Shown in pieces: positions 42,368-51,182 of a DNA stretch of 62,833 nt. The notes under the pieces were generated by a model, which saw nothing but the letters and a program-made list of their open reading frames with translations, did not search any database and was not told the origin of the DNA. The position numbers and the translations under genes were made by a program. The DNA is from Chthoniobacteraceae bacterium (GTDB lineage Bacteria > Verrucomicrobiota > Verrucomicrobiia > Chthoniobacterales > Chthoniobacteraceae). The stretch is from NCBI GenBank assembly GCA_040081625.1, contig JBEBGD010000021.1, positions 1 through 62,833 of the forward strand. Direction: 5' to 3'. Every line of letters starts with the position of its first letter. The first letter of the stretch is position 1.

Positions 42368-43257
42368 GGCGCAAGGCCGAGGTTGCGCACGACGGCGACG
42401 GTCGAGTGCGGCTTGTTCAGCGCGTAGAAGTGCAGGCCTTGCACGCCGAACTTCAGCAGCGCTTCGCACTGCCTCGTTGCGTATTCGACCCCGAATTCGG
42501 CGACCGCGTTGTCGTCGTCGCCGAGGGCGTCGAGCCGCGCGACGAATTCCGCGGGCAGCCGCGCGCCGCACATCTCGGTGAACTTTTTCGTCTGTCCGCG
42601 CGCGAGCACCGGCAGCAGCCCGGGGATGATCGGGACGGTGACGCCGAGCTTTTGCGTCATGTGGTCGTGGAAGCGGAAGAAATCCTCGTTGTCGAAAAAG
42701 ATCTGTGTGATGACGAAGTCAGCGCCGGCGGCGACTTTGTCCGCGAGGTATTGCCAGTCGAGAACCTTGCCGCCGGTCTGGGCGATGTGGCCTTCGGGGA
42801 AGCCCGCGGTGCCGATGCAGAAGCCGCCAAGCTGGCGGAGAAAGGCGACGAGTTCCGACGAATACGAGAAGCCGCCCTCGACCGGAACCCAAGGCCCCGA
42901 GCCGCCCGGCGGGTCGCCGCGCAGCGCGAGCAGATTGCGGATGCCGCGCGCGCGCGCTGCCTCGACGACTTCGTGGAGTTGCTCCCGCGTCGAGCCGACG
43001 CACGTGAGGTGCATCATCGCGGTGAGGTCGAACTCGCGCTGGATGCGGTCCACGATGTCGAGCGTCGTGTCGCGAGTGGAGCCGCCCGCGCCGTAGGTGA
43101 CCGAGCAATAGTCCGGACGGATCGCGAGCAGTGCGGGGATGGTTTTCTCAAAGAGCGAAGCCAGGCCCTGCTCGGTCTTCGGCGGGAAGAATTCGAATGA
43201 GAGCGCGGGGCGTTTTGCGGCGCGGCAGGATTCGTGGATGTCGCGGATGAATGGCAT
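42364..43257 (-). CDS. metF: 5,10-methylenetetrahydrofolate reductase
   Basis: SFEFFPPK, SVTYGAGGS, HLTC, LALRGDPP, ITQIFF, LHFYALN. Confidence 0.96.
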   Translation of the reverse strand: MPFIRDIHESCRAAKRPALSFEFFPPKTEQGLASLFEKTIPALLAIRPDYCSVTYGAGGSTRDTTLDIVDRIQREFDLTAMMHLTCVGSTREQLHEVVEAARARGIRNLLALRGDPPGGSGPWVPVEGGFSYSSELVAFLRQLGGFCIGTAGFPEGHIAQTGGKVLDWQYLADKVAAGADFVITQIFFDNEDFFRFHDHMTQKLGVTVPIIPGLLPVLARGQTKKFTEMCGARLPAEFVARLDALGDDDNAVAEFGVEYATRQCEALLKFGVQGLHFYALNKPHSTVAVVRNLGLAP

Positions 43258-43305
43258 CGAGGGCCGCGCAGTGTGGCGAGGGTGCGCGCGGCGGCAAGCG
43301 CGGCG

Positions 43306-44145
43306 TCAGGGCTTTATGCCGGCGGGGGCGAAGAGGAATGTGGAGACTTCCGCGGCCCAGCCAGCGCCGTGGATTTCGGGATCGTTGTGCGTCGCGTCCG
43401 GGAACAGCCATCGGCGCTTTGGTTCGGGGATCTTTTCAAACAACGTCTCGCCTTGCGCCGCGCCGAGGACTTCGTCGCGTCCGGCGATGATCACCGCCTT
43501 CGGGCCTCCGAAACCTGCGAGCGCGGCGACATTGTCCCAGCGGTCGCGCAGGATCCATTTCACCGGCAGAAACGGAAAGTGCATCTGCGCGACGTCGGTG
43601 AGCCGGGCGAATGGAGTGACGAGAACGAGGCCGGCGACGCCAGTCGATTGGTCCGCCGCGAGATCGGCGGCGACGCCGGTGCCGAGCGATTCGCCGAGCA
43701 GATACACGGGCCGCGAGTCGCGAGCGCGAAGTTGCGCGATGGCTGTGCGTCCGGCATCGGCAAAGCTTTCGCGGCCCGGGCTGCCTGCGCGTGCGCCGTA
43801 ACCCGGATACTCGAACAGCCACACTTTCCACTGGCTGCGTCCGCCGAGGTTTTCGAATGCGTGGGCGTAGTCTTCGCGGTGCAAGGCGTGGCCAGCATTG
43901 CCGTGAAACACTACGAGGTTGCGCGCGGCATCGCCTCCGGGTCCGGGTCTTTTCGTCCAGCCGATGATCCCGCCTTCCGCGCCTCGCCAGGGTTCAAATC
44001 CGAACGTTTCGGCGCGGGCGAGCAGGACGTGTTCGGGCTCGCGGGTCGGGAAGTAGAGGAGCTTTCGCTGAAGAAGCGCGATGACGGCCACGAAGCAGAG
44101 ATAAACCCACCCGCAGTTCAGCAGCAGCCGGCGCACGCGGCGCAT
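43306..44145 (-). CDS. Alpha/beta hydrolase (ABHD13/YqiA-like)
   Basis: FHGNAG, EYPGYG, GESLG nucleophile elbow, DEV, HND. Confidence 0.88.
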   Translation of the reverse strand: MRRVRRLLLNCGWVYLCFVAVIALLQRKLLYFPTREPEHVLLARAETFGFEPWRGAEGGIIGWTKRPGPGGDAARNLVVFHGNAGHALHREDYAHAFENLGGRSQWKVWLFEYPGYGARAGSPGRESFADAGRTAIAQLRARDSRPVYLLGESLGTGVAADLAADQSTGVAGLVLVTPFARLTDVAQMHFPFLPVKWILRDRWDNVAALAGFGGPKAVIIAGRDEVLGAAQGETLFEKIPEPKRRWLFPDATHNDPEIHGAGWAAEVSTFLFAPAGIKP

Positions 44146-44157
44146 CGGGCCGCGGGA

Positions 44158-44877
44158 CTAGAGCACGCGCTGCTCGCCGGTCCGTTCAGACTTCAGCGCG
44201 TCGAGCGTGGTGCGGACCTGGGTGAGGAGTTTCTGCTGCGTGTAGGGCTTCGGGATGAAGCCGCGCAGACCGCGCGAGAGCATCCCGCGCAGCCGATCCT
44301 GCTCCGCAAATCCGCTCGAGAGCACCACGGGCACTCTGGGATTGATCTGGAGCAGTTCGTTGAAAACGTCGGCGCCATCCATGATCGGCATCGTGAAATC
44401 GAGGATGACCAGGGAGATCTCGTCCTTCAGCCGGCGGTAGATGTCGATCGCCTGGAATCCGTCCTTGGCCGCGATCACGCGGTAGCCTTCGTCGGCGAGG
44501 ACGCGCTGCGCGAGCACGGTCACGAAATCCTCGTCATCGACGATCATGAGCAGTTCGAGCGCGCCCTTGGGATTGAAAATTCTCACGTCCGTCGGCGAAG
44601 GCGTCGCGGGAGCGGTTGTCGTTTCGGGCACGACAGGCGGCGCGGTGGGCGGGACTTGCACGTCCGCCGAGTAACCACCGACGCGATCGACCATCATGCG
44701 CGTGACCTTCGTCGCGCGCTCGACGGCGGAATGGAGCATGACGAAATACTTGTCGGTGTCCGCCGTGGAATCGCAGATCGTCTCGAGCGATTGGCTCGAT
44801 TCGGAGATGACCTGAAGCAGGTTGTTCAGCTCGTTTGCGGTTGATTTGACCCAGCGAATTTCTTCGTTGTCTAGCAT
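44158..44877 (-). CDS. Receiver-domain protein with N-terminal degenerate HisKA-like helical hairpin
   Basis: N-term TANELNNLLQVI..AVERATKVTR; intact REC (VDDE, LDFTMP, SSG, PKP); no ATPase domain. Confidence 0.8.
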   Translation of the reverse strand: MLDNEEIRWVKSTANELNNLLQVISESSQSLETICDSTADTDKYFVMLHSAVERATKVTRMMVDRVGGYSADVQVPPTAPPVVPETTTAPATPSPTDVRIFNPKGALELLMIVDDEDFVTVLAQRVLADEGYRVIAAKDGFQAIDIYRRLKDEISLVILDFTMPIMDGADVFNELLQINPRVPVVLSSGFAEQDRLRGMLSRGLRGFIPKPYTQQKLLTQVRTTLDALKSERTGEQRVL

Positions 44878-45012
44878 GGCATTCCTCTTCTTGAATTTAA
44901 GCGCTCTCGTCGCGGCACGCCCACCAGACGCACCCGAAAAATGCGGCGACGACGAACATGAACATTCCAAAGCTCAACATGCGGCCTTTTGTGAGCGCGA
45001 AGCACCTGCGGG

Positions 45013-45480
45013 TCAATCGCTTTCCTGCGGGAATGTGAGTCCGATCCTGAAAAAGTCGGCGAAGACCTGCCGATATACCTCGCGCTTCATCCCCGGGAGC
45101 CACGCGAGCGAGAAGTCCGCGGGCGCAATCCAGCGCCACGCGCGGAATTCGGGGTGCTCGGTGGCGACGTTGATGCGGTCGTCCGAGGCGTGGAAGTCGC
45201 ACAGGAAATACCACTGCATCTTGCCTTGGTGACCGCGCTTGGTCGTTCCCGGCGGGAAGAGGTAGTAGTAGGGGCCGCGCTTTTCGAGCGCGCGATAATC
45301 CTGCGGCAGCACTCCGATTTCCTCCCACAGCTCGCGCTTTATTGCTTCCTCGTGCGACTCGCCCTCGTCCACGCCGCCTTGCGGAAACTGCCAGGCACCC
45401 GCGACCGACACGCGCTCGCCGATGAGGATGCGGCCGTCCGCGTCGCGCAGAATCGCGGCGACATTTGGCTGATACTTCAT
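45013..45480 (-). CDS. rppH: NUDIX hydrolase, RppH/Ap4A hydrolase-like
   Basis: YQPNVAA, WQFPQGGVDEGE..AIKRELWEEIG Nudix box, HPEFRAWRW. Confidence 0.7.
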   Translation of the reverse strand: MKYQPNVAAILRDADGRILIGERVSVAGAWQFPQGGVDEGESHEEAIKRELWEEIGVLPQDYRALEKRGPYYYLFPPGTTKRGHQGKMQWYFLCDFHASDDRINVATEHPEFRAWRWIAPADFSLAWLPGMKREVYRQVFADFFRIGLTFPQESD

Positions 45481-45492
45481 TCCACTCACCGG

Positions 45493-45963
45493 ATGTTGCG
45501 TCGTCATTTCACTCTCATCGTTTCGATCATCGCGCTCGCGTGGGTGGTGTGGCTGTTGCGGCTCTGGCAGCCGGCGCGGCAGGTCCGCTTGCACACGGAG
45601 AGTTTTTTGGAATCCATCGAATCGCGAGATTGGAAGAGCGCGTCGGAACGCATCGCGGACGATTACTCGGATCGATGGGGGCACGACAAGCGCGAGTTGG
45701 TGGAACGTTCGCGCGAGGTGTTCGCGCAGTTTCTTTTCATCACGCTCGAGGCGCGCGATCTCGACGTGGTCGAGATCAACGGTCGCGGTGAAGCGAGCGC
45801 GCACTTGACGCTGCGCGGCGCTGGCGGTCCGCTCGCGCAGCTCGCGATGCAGCGGGCGGCCGAATTGCGGGCGCCATTTGTTTTCACCTGGCGGCAGCAG
45901 TCGTGGAAGCCGTGGGACTGGACGCTCGTGCGTGTCGAGCAGCCGGAATTGAAGGTCGATTAA
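45493..45963 (+). CDS. Hypothetical membrane-anchored NTF2-like protein
   Basis: N-terminal TM helix then IESRDW..IADDYSDRWG pattern. Confidence 0.6.
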   Translation: MLRRHFTLIVSIIALAWVVWLLRLWQPARQVRLHTESFLESIESRDWKSASERIADDYSDRWGHDKRELVERSREVFAQFLFITLEARDLDVVEINGRGEASAHLTLRGAGGPLAQLAMQRAAELRAPFVFTWRQQSWKPWDWTLVRVEQPELKVD

Positions 45964-46087
45964 ACCAAGGCCGCTGCGAATTCGCGCGCGCGGAATCTTG
46001 AATTTAAGATGCCCCGGCGGTCGCCGCGGAGTGTCAATACCCGGTTCCAAAAAAAGTTTAGATGCCGAGGAGGAATTTTCTTGGATG

Positions 46088-46145
46088 CCCCCATATATTG
46101 TGGCCTTATCCCATCCCGCGCCTCCGAAGGGTCGATATGTTGTGG
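46088..46145. promoter_or_regulatory. Tandem NrdR boxes upstream of nrdJ
   Basis: CCCCCATATATTGTGG (46088-46103) and GGTCGATATGTTGTGG (46130-46145) fit acaCwAtATaTwGtgt; their starts are 42 bp apart (4 helical turns). Confidence 0.8.
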
Positions 46146-46259
46146 TGTTATCCAGCGTTCATTCACCGGAAATTCACAGCTTATTGGCCCCTTGGCGGCC
46201 GCAAGTCAGACCGACGCCCACCCGCCGGCCCCAGTCAAACCAACCAATCAATCGTCGTC

Positions 46260-49200
46260 ATGATCAAACTCAAGTCTCCGCGTCACGCCCCGACCCAAAA
46301 AGTCACCACCGGGCGCTCTCACTCCGCCAACGGCCACGGCCGCGGGGCGGCAAACAAAACCCGCACCTCCGGCGGTCTCAAGTTCAACCGCGTCTTCTCG
46401 CAAAAGGCGATCAAGCCTTTCGACGAGATCGAATGGGAATTCCGCACCGCGGAAATCACCGACGACTCGGGCAAGTCGATCTTCAAGCAGGAGAATGTCG
46501 AGGTGCCCAAATCGTGGTCGCCGCTCGCGACCAAGATCGCGGTCTCGAAATATTTCTACGGCGACATCGCGCACGGCACGGACCCCTACAAGGGCGGCCG
46601 CGAAAACTCGGTGCGCCAGCTCGTGCATCGTGTCACGCGCACGCTCACCGATTGCGGCATCAAGGACGGATACTTCGCCGACAAGGAATCTGCCGAGACG
46701 TTCTACGATGAGCTGACCTGGCTGTGCGTGAATCAGTTCGGTGCGTTCAACTCGCCGGTGTGGTTCAATGTCGGCCTGTGGCACGAATACAAGACCGGCA
46801 CCGGCAAGGGTGAGGGCAACTACTACTACGACCGCAAGGCCGGCGTCGCACGCCGCGCACCCACGCAATATGAATACCCGCAGGGCAGCGCGTGCTTCAT
46901 CCAGTCGGTCAACGACGACATGGAGGACATCATGCGGCTCGCGGCGTCGGAGGCGATGCTCTTCAAGTTCGGCTCGGGCACCGGAAGCGATCTTTCGTCA
47001 CTGCGCTCGACGCGCGAAAAACTCAGCGGCGGCGGCAAGCCGAGCGGGCCGCTGTCGTTCCTGAAAATCTACGATCAGGTCGCGGCGACGGTGAAGAGCG
47101 GCGGCAAGACGCGCCGTGCGGCGAAGATGAACACGCTCAAGGACTGGCACCCGGACGTGGAGGAATTCATCGAGGCCAAGACGAAGGAAGAGCGCAAAGC
47201 GTGGGCGCTGATCGAAGCCGGCTACGATGGCAGCTACAACGGCGACGCCTACGGCTCGATCATGTATCAAAACGAGAACCTCTCGGTTCGCGTGAGCGAC
47301 GACTTCATGCAGGCCGCGATCGAGGGCCGCGAGTGGTGGACCAAGCGCGTGACCGACGGGCAGAAGTGCGAGCAGAAGGACGCGCGCACGCTGCTGCGCA
47401 AGATCGCCGAGGGCACGCACGTCTGCGGCGACCCAGGCATGCAGTTCGACACGACCATCCACAAATGGCACACGTGCAAAGGCACCGCGCGGCAGAACAG
47501 CACCAACCCGTGCAGCGAGTATCTCTTCCTCGACAACACCGCGTGCAACCTCGCCTCGCTGAACCTCATGAAGTTCAAAAAGGCCGACGGTGAGTTCGAC
47601 GTCGATCGCTTCAAAGCCGCCGTGCGCATCTTCATCACCGCGCAGGAAATCATCGTCGATAACGCCAGCTACCCGATCAAGGAGATCGCCGAGAACTCGC
47701 ACATCTTCCGCACGCTCGGCCTCGGCTTCGCGAACCTCGGCGCGCTCATCATGAGCTACGGCCTCGGCTACGACACCGACGAAGGTCGCGCGCTCGCCGG
47801 AGCGATCACGTCGATCATGACCGGCCACGCCTACGAGCAATCGGCGCGCATGGCGAAGACGATGGGCGCCTTCCCCGGCTACCGCGACACGCGCGCGACC
47901 GGCGTGAAGCAGACCGTCGATAAAACCAACGTGCCGCACATGCTCGAAGTCATCGAGCTGCACCGCTCGAACGTCGCGAAGATCCAGGCCAGCGAGCGCT
48001 TCCACGATCTCAAGACCGAGGCGCAAGCCTGCTGGGATCGCGCCCTCGAGATGGGCCGCAAGAACGGCTATCGCAACGCGCAAGTCACCGTCCTCGCGCC
48101 CACGGGCACGATCGGTTTCCTCATGGACTGCGACACCACCGGCATCGAGCCCGACATCGCGCTCGTGAAATACAAGCTGCTCGCCGGCGGCGGCATGTTG
48201 AAGATCGTCAACCAGACCGTGAAGCCCGCGCTCGAGCACCTCGGCTACAGCCCCGCGCAGATCGAGCGCATCATCGCTCACATCGACGTTCACGACACCA
48301 TCGAGGACGTGACCGATGCAGATGGCACCACGATCCCGAGCGGATTGAAGCCCGAGGATCTCCCGGTCTTCGACTGCGCCTTCAAGGCGATGAAAGGCGA
48401 GCGCTCGCTGCACTACCGCGGCCACATCCGCATGATGGCCGCCGCGCAGCCCTTCCTCAGCGGCGCGATCTCCAAGACCGTGAACATGCCCGAGAACGCC
48501 ACGGTGGACGACATCATGAACACCTACGTCGAGGGCTGGAAACTCGGCCTCAAGGCGATCGCGATCTACCGCGACGGCAGCAAAATGAGCGCGCCCGTGG
48601 TCACCGACAAAAAGAAGCACGGCAGCTCCGGCGACGCGATGATCGACCTCGAAGCCGAGCTCTCCGACAAGCAGGCGCTCGAAACCCGCATCGTCGAGCT
48701 GGAACACGAAGTCACCGACCTGCGCGACAAGGCCGACCGGCCCGTGCGCCGGCGCATGTCGGAGACGCGCGTCGCGATCAACCACAAATTCGAGATCGCC
48801 GGTCACAAGGGCTACCTCACCGTCGGCATGTTCGAGGACAGCCAGCCCGGCGAACTCTTCATCCAGATGAATAAGGAAGGCAGCACCATCGGCGGTCTCA
48901 TGGACACCATCGCCACGCTCACCAGCATGGCGCTCCAATACGGCGTCCCGCTCGAGAGCCTCGTGAAGAAGTTCGCGTATCAGCGCTTCGAGCCGAGCGG
49001 CATCACGAAGAATCCCGACATCCGCATCACCACGTCGATCACCGACTACGTGTTCCGGTGGCTCGGCTGCCAGTTCATCAAGGGCTACAAGGAAGCGACC
49101 TCGCCGAACAAAGGCCAGGCCGACTTGCCGATGAAGGAACTGCCCGACATGGACAAGAAAGCCATCAACCGCCCCGTGCCCGAACTCACGCGCGAGACGC

Positions 49201-49412
49201 CGAGCATCATCGACGTGATCACGCACAAGAACGGCAGCGAAGGCGAACCGCACATCGCGCAGAACGGCCACACCCACGCCGAGCGTGTGCAGGCCGCGCT
49301 GGGAAACATGTTCATGGACATCACATGCTCGAACTGCGGATCGAGCCGGGTCATCCGCGCCGGCGCCTGCGGCTGCTGCACCGAGTGCGGCACCAGCCAG
49401 GGCTGCTCGTAG
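46260..49412 (+). CDS. nrdJ: Vitamin B12-dependent ribonucleotide reductase (class II)
   Basis: FNSPVWFN, QGSACFI, GGKTRRAAKM, NPCSEY, ACNLAS, APTGTI, SGAISKTVN; C-terminal TSCPD domain and Zn ribbon. Confidence 0.96.
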   Translation: MIKLKSPRHAPTQKVTTGRSHSANGHGRGAANKTRTSGGLKFNRVFSQKAIKPFDEIEWEFRTAEITDDSGKSIFKQENVEVPKSWSPLATKIAVSKYFYGDIAHGTDPYKGGRENSVRQLVHRVTRTLTDCGIKDGYFADKESAETFYDELTWLCVNQFGAFNSPVWFNVGLWHEYKTGTGKGEGNYYYDRKAGVARRAPTQYEYPQGSACFIQSVNDDMEDIMRLAASEAMLFKFGSGTGSDLSSLRSTREKLSGGGKPSGPLSFLKIYDQVAATVKSGGKTRRAAKMNTLKDWHPDVEEFIEAKTKEERKAWALIEAGYDGSYNGDAYGSIMYQNENLSVRVSDDFMQAAIEGREWWTKRVTDGQKCEQKDARTLLRKIAEGTHVCGDPGMQFDTTIHKWHTCKGTARQNSTNPCSEYLFLDNTACNLASLNLMKFKKADGEFDVDRFKAAVRIFITAQEIIVDNASYPIKEIAENSHIFRTLGLGFANLGALIMSYGLGYDTDEGRALAGAITSIMTGHAYEQSARMAKTMGAFPGYRDTRATGVKQTVDKTNVPHMLEVIELHRSNVAKIQASERFHDLKTEAQACWDRALEMGRKNGYRNAQVTVLAPTGTIGFLMDCDTTGIEPDIALVKYKLLAGGGMLKIVNQTVKPALEHLGYSPAQIERIIAHIDVHDTIEDVTDADGTTIPSGLKPEDLPVFDCAFKAMKGERSLHYRGHIRMMAAAQPFLSGAISKTVNMPENATVDDIMNTYVEGWKLGLKAIAIYRDGSKMSAPVVTDKKKHGSSGDAMIDLEAELSDKQALETRIVELEHEVTDLRDKADRPVRRRMSETRVAINHKFEIAGHKGYLTVGMFEDSQPGELFIQMNKEGSTIGGLMDTIATLTSMALQYGVPLESLVKKFAYQRFEPSGITKNPDIRITTSITDYVFRWLGCQFIKGYKEATSPNKGQADLPMKELPDMDKKAINRPVPELTRETPSIIDVITHKNGSEGEPHIAQNGHTHAERVQAALGNMFMDITCSNCGSSRVIRAGACGCCTECGTSQGCS

Positions 49413-49486
49413 CATGAAAGAAAAAGACACTCCGCGCGACGAGGGCTCCGGCCCGATCCTCGCGGACTGACACTCTGCAACCAGGG

Positions 49487-49532
49487 AGCAAACGGGCGGC
49501 GCGCTTTGATGTGGGCGCCCGCCCGTTTTGCT
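49487..49532 (+). terminator. Putative intrinsic terminator after nrdJ
   Basis: AGCAAACGGGCGG..CCGCCCGTTTTGCT stem with T-rich tail. Confidence 0.5.
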
Positions 49533-49616
49533 TTCGGTGAATTCTTCCGCGGCCAGCCGCACCCCGACGTTCAGTGTTCCCTCCGCCGCGCAGTCATGTT
49601 TAACGTCCGCGCTCCT

Positions 49617-50078
49617 ATGTCCCACGAATCCCGCTTCGCCGCCCTCAACCTCACCCTTCCACCCGCGCCCAAGCCGGCCTTTGTGTATCGCTCGCTCGTC
49701 GTGAGCGGGCAGCACGTCTATGTCTCCGGCCACGGCCCGCTGCTGCCCGATGGCTCGATGGTCAAGGGCGTCGTCGGTCGAGATATCGACCTCGACGCGG
49801 GCAAGGCCGCCGCCCGTCTGACCGGCCTCGCCATCCTCGCGACGCTCCGCTCCGAACTCGGCTCGCTCGACAAGATCAAGCGAGTCGTGAAGACACTCGG
49901 CATGGTCAACACCGCGCCGGATTTCTACGAGCACCCGAAAGTGATCAACGGATGCAGCGAACTTTTCGCGGAGGTCTTCGGCGAGGAAGCCGGCATCGGC
50001 GCCCGCAGTGCGGTGGGGATGGGGCCGCTGCCGTCGAATATCGCCGTCGAGATCGAGGTCATCTTCGAACTCGCGTGA
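49617..50078 (+). CDS. RidA/YjgF family protein
   Basis: YVSGHGP, HPKVINGCS, ARSAVG, VEIE. Confidence 0.9.
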   Translation: MSHESRFAALNLTLPPAPKPAFVYRSLVVSGQHVYVSGHGPLLPDGSMVKGVVGRDIDLDAGKAAARLTGLAILATLRSELGSLDKIKRVVKTLGMVNTAPDFYEHPKVINGCSELFAEVFGEEAGIGARSAVGMGPLPSNIAVEIEVIFELA

Positions 50079-51181
50079 TGGACTGGTTCACTTTCGCCGG
50101 CGTCGAGTCGGTCGCCTCCCCGGCGCTGCTGCTCTATCGCGAGCGCATCGAGGAAAATCTCCGCCAGATGCTCGCCATCGCCGGCAGCGCCAGCCGGCTG
50201 CGCCCGCATGTGAAGACGCACAAGCTCGCGCCACTCATCGCGCGGCAGGTCGAGCTGGGCATCACGAAGTTCAAGGCCGCGACCATCGCCGAGGCCGAGA
50301 TGTGCGCGGCGGGGGGCGCGCTCGATGTGCTGCTCGCGTATCCCGCCGCGGGGCCGAACATCGCGCGCCTGTGCGAACTCGCGCGGCGGTTTAGCGCGGT
50401 GAAATTCTCCGCGCTCACCGACAGCGCGCCATCGATCCGCGGCCTCAGCGTGGCAGCGCGCGATGCCGGGATCACGCTCGATGTCTTTCTCGACATCGAC
50501 TGCGGCATGCATCGCACAGGCGTGATGCCCGGGCCGGATGCCTTCGCACTTTACCGCCTTCTCGCCGGGCAGCCCGGCCTGAGAGCCGCGGGACTGCACG
50601 CCTACGACGGCCACCTGCACCAGCAGGATCCCGCCGAGCGCGAGCGCGAGTGCGAGGCTGCGTTCGAGCCCGTGCTCGCGCTGCGTCGAGAACTTGAAGC
50701 CGCTGGTCTGCCCGTGCCGGTGCTCGTTGCGAGCGGTTCGCCGACCTTTGCGATTCACGCGAAGCATCACGATCGCGAGTTGAGCCCCGGCACGACGGTG
50801 CTGTGGGACTTTGGCTACGGCGACAAACACGCGGACCTTCCCTTTCTCCCCGCCGCGGTGCTGCTCACACGCGTCGTCAGCAAACCCGGACCGAACCGCC
50901 TCTGCCTCGACCTCGGCCATAAATCCGTCGCCGCCGAGAACCCGCACCCCCGGGTGCTTCTCCTCGAGATTCCCGAGGCCACCTTCGCGATGCAGAGCGA
51001 GGAGCATCTCGTCATAGAGACGCCGCGAGCTTCGGAGTTCGTCATCGGCCAGCCGCTGCACGGCATCCCGCGTCACGTCTGCCCGACCGTCGCGCTGCAC
51101 AACGAAGCCGTCGTCATCGATCGCGGCGCCGTAGTGGACCGTTGGCCCATCACCGCGCGTGGCCGGCGGATCACGGTGTGA
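50078..51181 (+). CDS. D-threonine aldolase/DSD1-like PLP-dependent enzyme (fold III)
   Basis: LRPHVKTHK (PLP Lys), GMHRTG, LHAYDGH, DLGHKS, SEEH, PRHVCPTV. Confidence 0.88.
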   Translation: MDWFTFAGVESVASPALLLYRERIEENLRQMLAIAGSASRLRPHVKTHKLAPLIARQVELGITKFKAATIAEAEMCAAGGALDVLLAYPAAGPNIARLCELARRFSAVKFSALTDSAPSIRGLSVAARDAGITLDVFLDIDCGMHRTGVMPGPDAFALYRLLAGQPGLRAAGLHAYDGHLHQQDPAERERECEAAFEPVLALRRELEAAGLPVPVLVASGSPTFAIHAKHHDRELSPGTTVLWDFGYGDKHADLPFLPAAVLLTRVVSKPGPNRLCLDLGHKSVAAENPHPRVLLLEIPEATFAMQSEEHLVIETPRASEFVIGQPLHGIPRHVCPTVALHNEAVVIDRGAVVDRWPITARGRRITV

Positions 51182-51182
51182 C

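Noticed and set aside
43258..43305. SAM riboswitch upstream of metF
   Set aside because: Only 48 bp are intergenic and no recognisable SAM-riboswitch core.
45964..46259. Cobalamin riboswitch upstream of nrdJ
   Set aside because: No B12-box or GGGAA core recognisable; the region is explained by NrdR boxes and other short motifs.
46260..49412. Intein or intron in nrdJ
   Set aside because: Catalytic motifs (SACFI, NPCSEY, CNLAS) are contiguous; no intein terminal or LAGLIDADG motifs were seen.
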